From Octopus sinensis (Eukaryota): a stretch of DNA of 64,000 nucleotides. Made by a program: the position numbers and the translations under genes. Every line of letters starts with the position of its first letter. The first letter of the stretch is position 1. Positions 12,970 to 26,560 of the stretch are shown here, in pieces. The stretch is taken from contig NC_043001.1 of NCBI RefSeq assembly GCF_006345805.1, positions 70,060,001-70,124,000 of the forward strand, written 5' to 3'. The notes under the pieces were generated by a model. The model was not told where the DNA came from, searched no databases, and saw nothing but the letters and a program-made list of their open reading frames with translations.

Positions 12970-13839
12970 CGTCTTCCTCATCACCGTCACAACGACACCA
13001 AACGGAATCCTCATAAGCATCTTTAGCAGCAGCAGAAGCAGTAACAATAGTATTATCACCATTTTTTACATTCCCACAGTTCATTTTTCACCGCCATTCA
13101 ACTCTGTGTAATTTATATTGTCAGGCGTCCCTACGATGCCGTTCTTCTAATCGATTGACGAGTAAGTTACGTGCTGTTAACGGATTAGCATTGATGATGT
13201 CACCGATCAGAATGAAGATAAATATAAAGGTAAATTAATTGTTTGTCAGAAGCAGGGAGAATATTATTGTCAACGAAAGACAGTTACGGGAGCAATACAA
13301 ATCACGAATTTACAGTTACATAAAATAGCGTTAAAATAGCTATGAACTGTACAATTTATGAAATGCATCTACAGTATTTACCCATGTAGGCACGTCATCT
13401 TGGATAAAGAACCTTCCTCTATAGATCTTTACTCAAAACTGACTACGTGTGCATTGATATGTGTGTGTTTTCCTGCGCGTAAATAAGAAGACAGAGAGAA
13501 AAGAGGGAGAGATGGGGAGAGAAAGAGAGTGTAAATAAGATACAGTGGACACAGAGTTGAGTGCTAGAGCATTACCTCATAACTTCCTCGAATTGTAGAG
13601 GAACTGGACAAGCAGCAAGTGTATATATACACGCACACACACATATATATATATATATTGGATTGGATTGTCAATCTTCCGTCACATATAGGACGAAGGC
13701 CTTATCATGTTCTCTCAGACTAATGTGGACTCCGTGAATTTTGACCTTGAGGTAATACAGATTTAATGAGCCTACTCTGACACACTGGCCCGACATCGTT
13801 TGGCAGTGGAGTGCAGTTTTTATACTCTTATCCACGAAT

Positions 13840-14022
13840 ATAAAGGAAATTGGAATAGAGTATTACAAAAGTTTGCTTCCTTGACACAACCACAATAATC
13901 AGGAAAGTATTAGATACCGTAGACTGCAGGTAGCAAGTTCAATACGCATTTAAGACTCCAGGAGTCCCAAGAAAACCTGGGATGAAATGAATAAATAAAT
14001 AATAATAATGTTAATAATAATG

Positions 14023-14058
<36 letters not shown>

Positions 14059-14069
14059 TTAATAATAAT
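13840..14069 (+). mobile_element. RLE-type LINE extreme 3' end with (TAA)n tail
   Basis: IKEIGIEY..LQKFASL..TTTIIRKVLDT resembles the LQKxALLGTAxIxRKVL C-terminus; short 3' UTR, then (TAA)n at ~13998-14069. Confidence 0.6.
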
Positions 14070-14659
14070 GTTGATCGCTTTAAGAGAATATGTTAGGCTC
14101 TAGTACAAACACGGCTTGTATAAAAAAAATAGATGACGCATATATTATTCAATAGAATTTATTACTCAATGCATCCCATATAGTGCGATCTGTATCGCGA
14201 CTGGGCAGAAATTTCCGATAAGATGACATTTATAATACAACTTCATTTCCAAAGCAACACACTTTGCTTATAATGTGATAATCAATTTGAGATAACTGTG
14301 ACTCTTCCACACGGGATAGTAATTGCTACCATACTCAGCGGTCACCATCTCTGGTCGAGAGACCCAAACTCCCCCATCTACATTTAATGCAAATTCTAGT
14401 ATTTACATTTATATTTTATTATTATATTTTATATATTATTATTAACTATTCACAATGATGACTTTTATTACTTTTATTCCCACCTCAATTCAACTAATTG
14501 TACATATCTATCGTAACTTTTCATAAAAGCCTTTACTTTTTTGATTTCCAATGTACATGTTCGCTATATTTCTTCTTATTTCCCTTTATATTTCGATGTG
14601 TAGTTTCTATTTTCTTTTTGTGGCACATTTCTATTTTATATATACATACATACATGTAT

Positions 14660-15857
14660 GAAGGGGAGTTGTTGCTGGCTATATTCCATCGTGAATTGGA
14701 TGTTTACGTCCATTCCGTTTAAAATTTCCTGGAATTCTATGAGTTTTTCTATATTTTTATGCCAAAGAATGAAACAGTCATCTAGATATCTCTTCCAGTT
14801 GTTTTCTATGTAGATGGAGAAAGGGCTGCCATATCTTTCTAGAACCTTACGATACAGACTGATCTCTAGGTATCCTATGACTAGGTTGGCAAAGGAGGGG
14901 GACAGCAACATCTCCCCTTCCTCGATATCCTCATTAAGAAAGCTAATAATATAATAGAAACAGACATATACTATAAGCCTACAGACTCTAAGCAATATCT
15001 TCCATTCAATTCATGCCACCCAGACACACCAGGATGAATATCCCCTTCAATCTAGCAAAAAGGATATGCACTATAGTCTCTAACGCAAACACCAGAGACA
15101 CAACAAGAACTAAAAGATACCCTTATCACCAGGAACTATCCACCTTCACTTATTGACAAGTGCATTCAACGTGCCCTTCAACTTAACATCAAGGAACTGA
15201 GACATCCCAAATCAAAGAAAAACTTACAACCAAAAGCCTTACCATACATCTCCACACACAACCCTCTCAATAACGAAGCCTTCGGCACCATCCTCCACAA
15301 CATGCCCCTCCTAAAAAAAGACCACAGAATGAACACAATCCTCCAAAGACACACGATCATAAAAAGCAAAAGACAGCCTAGATCCATGAAAAGTCTCCTA
15401 ACACAAGCCCGAATTCACTCTTCAACACAGAAGCCGACAGTAAAAAAATGTGGAAGACCCAATTGCGGGATATGCGACTATCTAATTGAGGGATCAGAGT
15501 TCTCCTTCAAACAGGGACAACGGTTTACAGTGAAAAGCAACTTCACATGTGCTTCGGAGAACCTAATATACTCACTAACCTGCTCCGGATGTCAAGAGCA
15601 GTACATAGGCCAAACAAAAAATGGTTTGCGTAAACGAATGACCCTGCACAGATCCCAGATAAAAATTCCCCAAAACAGAATAATAGCTTTTAGCCAACAC
15701 ATAGATACTTGCGCCAACAAAGAAAACACCAAACTTCAGGATTTTCCCCCTCTACCAATTTAGGGACGATACAACCTCGAGACAACGAATAAGTAAAGAA
15801 AATCTCTTTATTACAAAATACAGGCCACTTCTTAACGGGTCTACGACAAACAATTAA
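14660..15857 (+). mobile_element. Penelope-like retroelement (RT C-terminal half + GIY-YIG) with inverted 5' segment
   Basis: Minus strand 14902-14660: SPSFANL...WKRYLDDCFILW...IQFTMEYSQQQLPF. Plus strand from 14903: QHLPFLDILIKK...TDIYYKPTDSKQYL, then ORF 15302-15763 with KKCGRPNCGICDY, FTCASENLIYSLTCSGCQEQYIGQTKN. Confidence 0.93.
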
Positions 15858-15979
15858 TATACCTCAACTTTAGAATAAAAGAAATATATACACACACAAA
15901 TATTACATTCCATAGAATCCATTACTAATCAGCCCCATCAAAGCTATACTTTCACCCATTCATATTCTCCCTTCTCTGT

Positions 15980-16170
15980 TTTTTTCTTCTTCTTCCTCTT
16001 CTTCTTCATCATCATCATTATCATCATCATCGTCGTCATCATCATCACCACCATCATCACCATCATCTTCTCCTTCTCCTTCTTCTTCTTCTTCTTCTTC
16101 TTCTTCTTCTTCTTCTTCTTCTTCATCATCATCATCATCATCAACATCGTCATCTTCTTCTTCTACTTCT
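15980..16170. repeat. (CAT)n/(CTT)n trinucleotide tract
   Basis: Direct inspection. Confidence 0.95.
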
Positions 16171-16537
16171 CCACCTTCTACCCCTTAACCTTGTCACTAA
16201 TGTCTTTCAATATAACGCCTACGCAAATTCCATAAACAATTCCTGAATTGAACTGCGACTGTTGTCCGCCACTGACCATTCAAAATACGACCATCAAGGC
16301 ATTCCCAGATTTCCCTACCCCCTCTTCACATCAGCCTTCTTTTTCACCTACCCTACCAAGAACTCACAACGACCTCGAACACACAAGTGCAAACAAGGGA
16401 GTCAGAGAAAGGCAGAATGCCACTTACATCTGAACACTACTATAGAAATATTCTTTTAAAAGAACATTTCTTCTAATTTTTCTAAATTTAATTATTTAAT
16501 CGTTACAGTTGAAAAGGTCTCAAAATGTATATATATA

Positions 16538-16641
16538 CTAGCAGTATAACCCGGATTTGCCCGGGATTAAGCTAGGATTACTTCCAACCAAACTAAGTAA
16601 CATCGAAGCCAAATTTGGGCGAAATCTGTTGAAATTGGTTT

Positions 16642-16689
<48 letters not shown>

Positions 16690-17215
16690 CATAATACAAT
16701 ATAATATAAATAATATAAATACATATGGGCAACATACACACACACAAACATACACACACGTACGTACATACACCTATTGCATATATGTTTTTTGATATTG
16801 CATACATGTCCAAAAACTTAAATGAATGGGAAACTGTTGGTAAATTTGTAGATTAACACTTGCACGATTTTCACTAAAAGAAAATCGGAATTTTTGCGTG
16901 GAATCACGTACTCTGGCCTCCTAATTTGCTACAAAACCCTTTTTTGTGTGCCGAAAAATGGGGTGTGGTGTGGTGGAAGCCACGGACATTGTACCCATTT
17001 ATATTGTGTAATTCACTGACAAATTGTTTCTTTGTTGTTAAATAAATGGATTCTCAGCAAAGCACTTTTTTCTTCGGCGTAAAATAAAAACAAAATTCTT
17101 TCGCGCCCAATGCAATGTGTGTGTGTGAGAGGGGTGAGAAACATGGACGATTTAACATAAATAAATGATTTAAAATATATTTTAATTGTTGTGTGAGAAA
17201 GTATATATAATCTGA
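16538..17215 (-). mobile_element. Non-autonomous Helitron-like element, 3' end at 16538 (5' end uncertain)
   Basis: A|CTAGCAGTATAACCCGGATTTGCCCGGG is the reverse complement of the CCCGGGCAACGCCGGG...CTAG|T terminus at 12171-12199. Confidence 0.65.
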
Positions 17216-17721
17216 TTATAAAATTTAGTGCATTTCAAAAACATCCCAACTTTGAAGATTATATCTCGTGTTTAAGAAGAAACAAAACATTTTACATATT
17301 TTATTTTGCTAAGCGCTATCAAACTCCATCCCTCTCTCCGTCTCTCCGTCTTTCCCTTACACATATTTTTTTTTTACTTTCTTGTTAGACGATGTCAAAT
17401 ACTCAACTTCTCTCTCTCATACACACACATACATCAACACACAACTTCTCTCTCTCACATACACACATACATGCATCAACACACAACTTTTCTCTCTCTA
17501 TCTCACACGTACACACAGACTTTCACTTCAAAATTGGTAAAAGTTATGGTTGAAAATAGATTTCTACCGCTATCCACGGGAGCCACGGGAAACAGTAAGT
17601 TGCCAAAACCCAGGTAGGATGGTGACGAATGTCCTCCTAAAATTGGAGCGACATGCGTACTAATTTGTGGACGTGCATAAATTACATTCACGTATACACA
17701 CACATCCTGCCTTTTGCATAT

Positions 17722-17780
<59 letters not shown>

Positions 17781-17784
<4 letters not shown>

Positions 17785-17995
17785 TCTGTTGTGTCTGGGG
17801 AGAGTCATTTTCATTTTGTAACACACTCACCGGTAAAATTTCCACTTTTTTATGTTTATTTTCCTAAAATTTTCGTTGCGTCTAGCAACCTTTTCAATAC
17901 TTTTTACTCTGTCCGTTAATTACACTGCGTTCCCTTTTATGTTAAATTATAAGGCACAAAAAAGAAAATGACTCTCCCCAGACACAACAGAATAT
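17781..17995. mobile_element. Short element bounded by 32-bp perfect inverted repeats (probable Penelope-like inverted pLTR pieces)
   Basis: ATATTCTGTTGTGTCTGGGGAGAGTCATTTTC at 17781-17812 and its reverse complement at 17964-17995; embedded between (TA)n tracts. Confidence 0.7.
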
Positions 17996-18043
17996 GCTTC
18001 AACACACGAACTCATATAAAGAATCTTGCAAACAAAATCCAAA

Positions 18044-18112
<69 letters not shown>

Positions 18113-19205
18113 TATATTCATGCATGTATGTATCTATGTGTGTATGTATATATATGCATATGTTTATGTAGATTGCTATGCATGCAACTAGGTTGCTACA
18201 TAGGTTGATATGTAAGTAGTTGGTTTCCGTTTTGAGCATATGCAGTTATCAACATGCTATTTTGTAGTTGCGTCAGTTGCTTTATATATAGTGGCAATTC
18301 TCTATAAAACTCTACAGGAGGCTTCGTCATAAACTCATTGATACGAGATCTAAATTCTTATTATTAAGTGAATGGATGTCGTGCTTTACGCCTACTAAAA
18401 CTGGAGCCAGAAACAGAAACCTTGCCGTATGTCTTCTCGCTATAATTCTATGTTTCGATTCTAAAATATGTTTTGCATTATGAGCCTATTAAATGAGGCC
18501 GAATTCATTTTGTTTGAGGCTTCTATTAATTATATAAGGAAACAATTTGCTATTTAGCTTATGATCCACATGTTATGAAATTTATATTATGTATATGAAA
18601 CAGTTCATTTCATTGGATCAATACTATTTGAATAATATAATATAATATCAAATCCATCCATCCATTTTCTCCAGCTACTATTCCTGGGTGTGTCATGGAT
18701 AAAGATACCTCAGGTAACTACGCCATAGAATATCACCAGAAGCATCCGTCATTACACATTCCTACTAGTTTTCCGAGTGGGAGCAAATGGTATTATGCGT
18801 AAAATCCCAGTATCTCATTCTTCGTCTACCCTCAATTGGTTGACTCACCTTCGAACATTTGTATTCCTAACTTTTCCGTGGTACATACTAAACCTATGAC
18901 AGTGGTAGGAGTGTAGTGAAATTTCAATGGGAAAATTTGCGGCTACACTTGGAAAGGCATGACGGTATACGCACTGCAGAATTTCATATAGTTCGCCTGC
19001 AACGTAAATTTAGAATGTGGCCATATTTGCTGGCGCATGAAACGTTCGTTAAAAGTGTATTGAGAATGTGCATTACGATGCTAACTTCATTGCTATGCAC
19101 TCATATTTATTTCTAGCAAATATATGTGAGGGTGGCGGCGTGTGTGCGCGCTTACACGTGTCTGACTGTTCATATATATATATATTATATATATATATAT
19201 ATATA

Positions 19206-19470
19206 AATAATAAATATTAGGGAATAAATCCAAATTTACAGGGAAAAAATCAGATTTAGGATTAAATCGATTTTATAGTAAAATATTATAAAATATTATT
19301 CGAGACAAAACCACTATTTTGACACTGAATTATTGGAAGTCCACCTGAAGATTGTCGATCAAGACAAGAAACGATTGTAGTGGCGGTTTTTTTGACTATT
19401 TATTAAAATTTTATGTATTAATTAAGTCTTTCCTTGTTTGTTTTGCAAAATAGTGGTTTTGTCTCGAATA

Positions 19471-19480
<10 letters not shown>
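19206..19480 (+). mobile_element. Penelope-like pLTR fragment with 35-bp inverted repeat enclosing a hammerhead
   Basis: TATAAAATATTATTCGAGACAAAACCACTATTTTG (19287-19321) and its exact reverse complement (19446-19480). Confidence 0.65.
19341..19383 (+). ncRNA. Type I minimal hammerhead ribozyme, core intact
   Basis: CCAC (helix I) / CTGAAGA / TTGTC-GATCAA-GACAA (5-bp helix II) / GAAA / C-GATT-G (short helix III) / GTA cleavage triplet 19377-19379 / GTGG (helix I'). Confidence 0.8.
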
Positions 19481-19509
<29 letters not shown>

Positions 19510-19848
19510 CTTCATATGTATATACATATATATATACATACACACACACGCATATATATATATATATATCCGTATATATGTATAGGCGTATGTTTGTATG
19601 TATACATATGTATGAATATTTGCGTTTAAGTTTATGTATACGTATGTTATGTATTTGCGTCTATGTTTACGATATCCGTAACTAACATTCAGTAACTTGT
19701 GAATAGTTTTCGGTAATTGAAATCACTGAAATACACTAATTCTAGAAATTCCTGTCCTGACGTACGGCTTTTATACATACTCATGCGAATATGCATGAGA
19801 TACATGATATGTATGTATATATATATATATATATATAATATATATATA

Positions 19849-19887
<39 letters not shown>

Positions 19888-19951
19888 GTGAAATAGAATG
19901 AAATAAAACGATTTCTGTTCAATCTGCGTTCAGCTCCATTTCTTCAATTCA

Positions 19952-20036
<85 letters not shown>

Positions 20037-20092
20037 TTGTATATATATATATATATATATTTATATCTGTATATATATATATATATATCTAT

Positions 20093-20145
<53 letters not shown>

Positions 20146-20682
20146 GCATACATACTATATTTATATAATGTATATATGAACAGATATATATATATATATA
20201 TGTGCATATATACATTTATATGTATGTATATTCATGCATATCTGTCTGTCTATATATGTATAGCTACGCACACACTTCCAGACACACATACATACACACA
20301 CACACACTCATTGACACCCAAATCAGACTACACCAGCCAAACGCTTTGTATGTGGTATTTCTTGATCGTTTGTTTTGATTTGACCTTTACTTCTGATGTC
20401 CCTAGAACATACCTGTGTTTCCAATGAAAACTGTCTTAGATACACTTTATACGTTTTATTTACCAACCCGTAATGACATTTTGCAATGTTTCGGCGAAAA
20501 TGTCGTGTTCTGATGCTTTTTGAATGGAACATTTTATATCGATTTCAAATCATTTCGTTTGTAAAGAGCAGGTGGTTTGAATATTGAAGAGTGCTACCGT
20601 TACAACAACGATGAGTGTTCTTTCTAATCTATAGCTCATGTTATTGCAACGTTTATCTCTCTCTCTCTCTCTCTCTCTCTTA

Positions 20683-20715
<33 letters not shown>

Positions 20716-20791
20716 AGTACGCATATATGTATATTATACTGTATATTATATATATCAAATATGTATATACATACATACATACATACATACG

Positions 20792-20850
<59 letters not shown>

Positions 20851-20929
20851 CTATGATTATGTGTGTCTATTGTATATATTTGTTATTTTGGTATTGTATC
20901 TCATCAAACGGAAAAAAAGCATATCAGTA

Positions 20930-21620
20930 ACTTGGACAATGTCCTATCGTCAGTTGCTGCCAGAAGAGTTATCCGTGTTCCATGAAAATGAGCAAATCTG
21001 CTTTCTTAGAAAAATTAATATATTGATATACCTTGTGACCTAGATGCCACTCATGTGGGTTTTTGTTTTCTTTGAAACCAAATTCTAATTCCTCTCTGAA
21101 TTTATAACTGCTTATATTTCTTTGAGTGCATCCTTTTCATAGATTACATCACCCATTACAGTGAACACTATACAGTTCATTACTATAATACAGGTGATTT
21201 CCAACGTATACCAAGATATACCATTCTTACAATTAAGGGCGAGATCAACATATATTCTAAATGTAAGCTTTTAATAACAACACTCCCTCTGTCTGGCTCT
21301 CTCTCCCTCTGTCTGGTTCTCTTTCCCTCTCTGTGGTTCTCTTTCCCTCTCTCTGGCTTTCTTTCCTTCTGTCCGTCAATATCTCTTTCTCTTTCTCTCT
21401 CTCTCTCTCTTTCTCTCACGCGCGCAAACCCAAACACATATAGAAAAACAAACGCACACATATGAAAAGCATTTGAAATACGGAAAATCGAAGGCTCCAC
21501 CTTGAAAAGAAAACTTCGTATAGAGGATTTGCCTGCAATTCCAAGCACGTTTCAGACTGAAAATATGTGCAACATCTGCAGTAGGCTGTGTTCGTCCAAA
21601 CTGCCAATCATATCTCGTGG
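20930..21620 (+). mobile_element. RTE-like LINE 3' remnant, microsatellite-interrupted
   Basis: TWTMSYRQLLPEELSVFHENEQICFLRKI resembles ETWTxYRRHxxxLExFHxxCLRxIL. KAFEIRKIE..LKRKLR...CNICSRLCSSK resembles the RTE C-terminal zinc-finger end. Confidence 0.55.
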
Positions 21621-23447
21621 TGATATTTACTGATTGGTGAAATGAACTTTCCCGTTAAGAAATTCTAATCATCTACACCACCTATGTTTGTGTGTATTTA
21701 TGTATCTAGATATATATGTTCGTATCTATGTATGCACATATAAGTAGTGCTGTGACGTTATTGATGTGATCAACCAAAGAAGTACTCCATCAAGCGTGAG
21801 TTGATATTGTTCAATAAACAAACGATTTAAATGTGAGCCACCAAAAGATTAATATTCGAATATTACCTTAATCGATCGAGCATGTCTAGTGTCACGAACT
21901 GTGTACTCTGCACTATCCTGCAATCGCTAAAGCTCATTAAAAAATTGATATGTTGATTTCGATGTCAGGATTTGAGAGAAAGTGAAAGACATTAAAGAAA
22001 GATCATAGAAGAAAAAATTAGAATAGCTTGGTATGGCATGTTAACATTATTCTTGTTACTCAGACTACAATTGCAACTTAGCTACTATGCAATTACAAGT
22101 TACATTCTTTTGGCATTTACTTTTTGATTATATCTATTTTACTCCAAGAGGGCTGTCAGTCACGCCATATTTTGGTATTTTATTTGCATTCGCTAAATTA
22201 TGGGGAAATCTATAGTGAAACGATGATCTATTTCAACAGACAAGCATCCACGCTAATAATCCGAGATACTTGATAAATCTGTAAGCAAATACAAGCACAA
22301 AAACCTCAGGCCTTCGGTGAATAGATTTGTGGACTGTTAACCTTGTGTGAGGGAGGTGATTTTTATGTACCCTGCAAATGAACTTGTCCACAGATAGATG
22401 ATTTCATTAACCAACGTCAATCCTTTAGATTGCATATAAATATGTGCATTTCACAGTACATACAAGCAGGCTACTTTGTCTCGAAATTTGTTGGGTTTGT
22501 AGTCTCTCTTCGATTCACCTATTGTTTTCTACTTCGCTTCTGGTGTACTTAAGAGTTTTTAAACCTTCACAGAATGAACCTCGTGGCGTACAATCGAGTG
22601 TAACTGCCACATTTGAGGTGAACGTATTATGAAGTCTTAACCCACTTTTTAAAGATCAATTAAATCTCATATTTCCACCCAACTATGAATTGATGGTGTA
22701 CATTCGAATACGGCAACTAAGATAACATGCAGGTCAGTAACTAAAGAATATCACCACATTCAATATGGTAATTCACCGGACTGTACTACATACATTCTGT
22801 AAGAGTGCGGCGTACGTAATAATGAGCGGAGCAGTGACAATACGCCAAACATGTGCGCAAATAGGGTGTTCTCTGAATGACGCTAACTTCTAGCAAGTAT
22901 TCTTTTGCTTTCTATTCAGTCACTGGATTTTGCCCATGCTGGGATACGGCCTTTAGGCTTAAACGTACAAATGGAACCTATTGCTTATATAGTAAGCCCT
23001 GAACTTAAATAAAATGACATTGAATTTGAAGTGGTGCAAAGAGACAAAAAGACAGAAAAGCCTGCCCTCACAAACATAGTCACCTCTGTATATTAACACA
23101 CAAGCATAACGCACAAAGGTGCACACGCACACACACACACACACAACACACACACACACACACATTCGACGAGTTTTTACAATTTCCCTCAACCAGATTC
23201 ATGTTCACGCACAAGTTATTAGTCGAACCGGGGTTATAAATGAAGACTTGCCCAAGATGCCTCGAAAAAGGAAACATGTGACTACAAAGCCAGCCATACA
23301 ATGCAGTTTGCACAGATACTTTATCTATTCGTACGGAGGAAAACTGTGTATGTATGTATGTATATATATATATATACACAAACAGACATAGTAAGTAATG
23401 TATATGCGCTGTATTACATACACAGATGCATACACACACATATATAA

Positions 23448-23479
<32 letters not shown>

Positions 23480-24187
23480 GTGTGTGTGTGTATATAAATA
23501 TATGTGCGTTTATGTATACACATATATTTTATGCATGTATGTATGTGTGTATGAATATAAATTTGTGAGTGTGCCTCCAAACATATTCGCATCTATGTGC
23601 AAATAGTGTTGGAAAGACAGGAAGAAAAAGAGAGAGTGGCAGGAAGCGCAGGAGAAAATATGGATAAATATATCTATATCTATATACATACACTTATTGT
23701 TCATGTTTTGTCATTTACAACTAAATGTCTAAATACTTAATCTCGCAAAAAATATATAAACGAGAAAGTAAAAATCCCTCTTAATCTCCAAAAGGATTAT
23801 TCTCTACTTTGTTGTTTTTTATTTGTAATGGACTAAACCGTAGTATATCACTAAGCCGTGTGTGGTTTATTTGTTTTCTCAAAAATATACACATATCGTA
23901 AGAACTTCAAACACGCTGCGTTGTCTTCCACTGTAATATATGGTTTGTAGATAATTAAGTGTCGTGTTAGATTAATTTGTTACAAAGCAAGTCAGAGGGA
24001 ATAAAAATGTTACACAGAATAGAAAGTTTATATTCGTCTGTCAATGTGTTGATACGTGACCCTCAGTCTACATCTGAAATCCTGAATCTCGTCTTTCCAA
24101 GATACCAGCCATATGAACATTAAGTAAGCCTATGTTAATCTACTTCTTGCAGAGAATATCAAAATATTTTTGGTAATTAAAAACTTC

Positions 24188-24415
24188 GGGCGTTGTGCCT
24201 GCAGAAGAAAAGAATTGTTAGCACACAGGAAAAGGTGCTTAGTGGCATTTCGTCCGTCTTCATATTCTGAGCTTAAATTTCGCCAATTCGACTTTGCCAT
24301 TCATATATATTTGGGGGCTCGATAAAATTAAGTACAAGTTGAACACTGGAGTCAATGTAATCGACTTAGCTCCTTCTTCGAATTTGCTACTCTTGTACCA
24401 AATCTTGAAACCAAT
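24188..24415 (+). mobile_element. SINE family A, diverged
   Basis: GAATTGTTAGCAC...TTCGACTTTGCC...CGATAAAATTAAGTAC...ACTGGAGTCAATGTAATCGACTT aligns to the 7466-7703 copy. Confidence 0.8.
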
Positions 24416-24429
24416 GTATATATATACAT

Positions 24430-24481
<52 letters not shown>

Positions 24482-24501
24482 ATATATACGTATATATATA
24501 T

Positions 24502-24579
<78 letters not shown>

Positions 24580-25116
24580 TATATATTACGCTAAGTCTCT
24601 TCCCAGAATGAATTGGTCGGTTTTGCTATAGCATCTATCATACTACTCTACTAAGACCACACGCAAATCTCTCACAAAACATACCCTCCTGTCTCACACG
24701 AAGAATCCATTCAATTATACTTCAGTAGTTTCTCTACGTTTGAAAATTTAAGGAAAAAAACTATTACCGTGTTTTTAAAGCGGCGTATTTTTGTTCATTG
24801 TTCTTGACAATGTAGATGTCTCAGTCAGTCGGGAGTTCACCAGTGGAATTCAAAAATATAATCATAACACCATTTTCATAATAAATATAGTTGTGTTTTC
24901 TTTGTTAATACAGAATTACAAGTTATCTATGTAAATTAACACAATTAAATTGCACGCGCACGCACACGCACCGCACGCACACGCACCGCACGCACACACA
25001 CACACAGACACACACACACACACACTCACAAGCATTTGTATGTGTGTGTATTTATATAATATAGTATACTGATAAACTTACTTGGAAATAGATGCCTGGC
25101 GTTCAATCATATAATA

Positions 25117-25173
<57 letters not shown>

Positions 25174-25201
25174 TACATATATATCTACATATATATATCC
25201 A

Positions 25202-25263
<62 letters not shown>

Positions 25264-25266
25264 CAT

Positions 25267-25326
<60 letters not shown>

Positions 25327-25436
25327 GTATATGTGTGTGTGTGTATCCATCTATCGCATGTATAGTATTTATATATGCAATATATGTATATATATATATA
25401 TATAATATATTTACATAATATTTATATATTTGATAT

Positions 25437-25492
<56 letters not shown>

Positions 25493-25495
<3 letters not shown>

Positions 25496-25612
25496 TATTC
25501 TACTCAAGGCACAAGGCCCGAAATTTTGGGCGAGGGACCAGTCGAGTAGATCGATCCTAACTTGTACTTGATTTGTCGACCCCGAAAGGATGAAAGCAAA
25601 ATTCGACCCGGC
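25493..25612 (-). mobile_element. SINE family A, 5'-truncated
   Basis: TCGACCCCGAAAGGATGAAAG shared with 7581-7600. Confidence 0.75.
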
Positions 25613-25699
25613 TGATATATAATCGTGTAGATATGAGTATGTTCGTATATATGGAAGTGACTCTAACAAAGGTCCTCTGTTTTCCTTGAAATTAACTTA

Positions 25700-26560
25700 T
25701 TTAGAAAACCAGTTACTCTTACGAAAGAACAAGAAATGCACCACAGTTTTACTCCATCTGCAGGAAATACCAACCAAATCTTTACATTGCTCTGTAGCCT
25801 TAAGAAGAGGAGCTAATAATTGGTTGAAGTGACCTTTGTCACATCTGTGTGTGAATTTAAGTTGACTACAGCTACAATGTATTATTTCAACATATATCTT
25901 CTTGACAAGAACTGACCTGGGGCCAAACAACAACAAAGACATTAATCTAATTTTGCCAAGAGTCATTCTTTTTTATTCCTCTCCTGCTCTTCTCTTCCAT
26001 CTAACTCTTAATCTCGCAGCCCACTAGTTATTTGTCCATTCTTTATTCTGTATTAAACTTCTCAACTTACATTCCTATGAAAACATTTGTCATATTCAGT
26101 GACTTGACATCACAGAAATCCTCAGGGCGTTTACCCTCCAAATATCCATTCTTCAAACATGCTGACTATGTAAATAGGACTCCTGCTGTTCAAGCTATTG
26201 TATTTGCTACCTGTTTTAATTCTAAATCCATGCTACGTACACAAAAAGCTTCTAACTGTCACATTTACGACTTCATCAGACACTGCCAAAACCAACACAC
26301 AATAGTGGCGCGCTGATACATAAACAGTATAATAATTCAAATCTGAAGATCTTCTGTGTCTTTTTCATGTTGTTCCATCTGTTATTGTTGAGCTCCAACT
26401 AACCATGATCAAATCATTCAGGCCATGACAACTTTTTGTTTTTTTTAGTATTCATGAAATCAATGATTATATTATCTAACATGATCTTTGCTTAGACCCA
26501 ATTGACCAGGAGCACCGCCAGATATAGGGATCTCATAGAGACCCATTTTTATGGGGTTCA
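25700..26560 (-). mobile_element. Possible very old LINE AP-endonuclease remnant
   Basis: Minus-strand KNGYLEGKRPEDFCDVKSLNMTNVF loosely matches the RNxxGxxLLxFCxxxxLxxxNTxF motif; many stops. Confidence 0.3.

Noticed and set aside
25092-25490. Single-base phase slips in (TA)n tracts as a biological pattern
   Set aside because: Scattered TT/AA slips occur in most long (TA)n tracts and are more simply explained as sequencing or consensus indels.
22959-25669. Many IYIY/HTHT/CVCV ORFs here and throughout the window
   Set aside because: Translations of (TA)n, (CA)n and (TG)n microsatellites.
26030-26330. GPCR TM2-like string VLVLAVSD on the minus strand
   Set aside because: Isolated and flanked by stops; a decayed LINE endonuclease reading fits at least as well.
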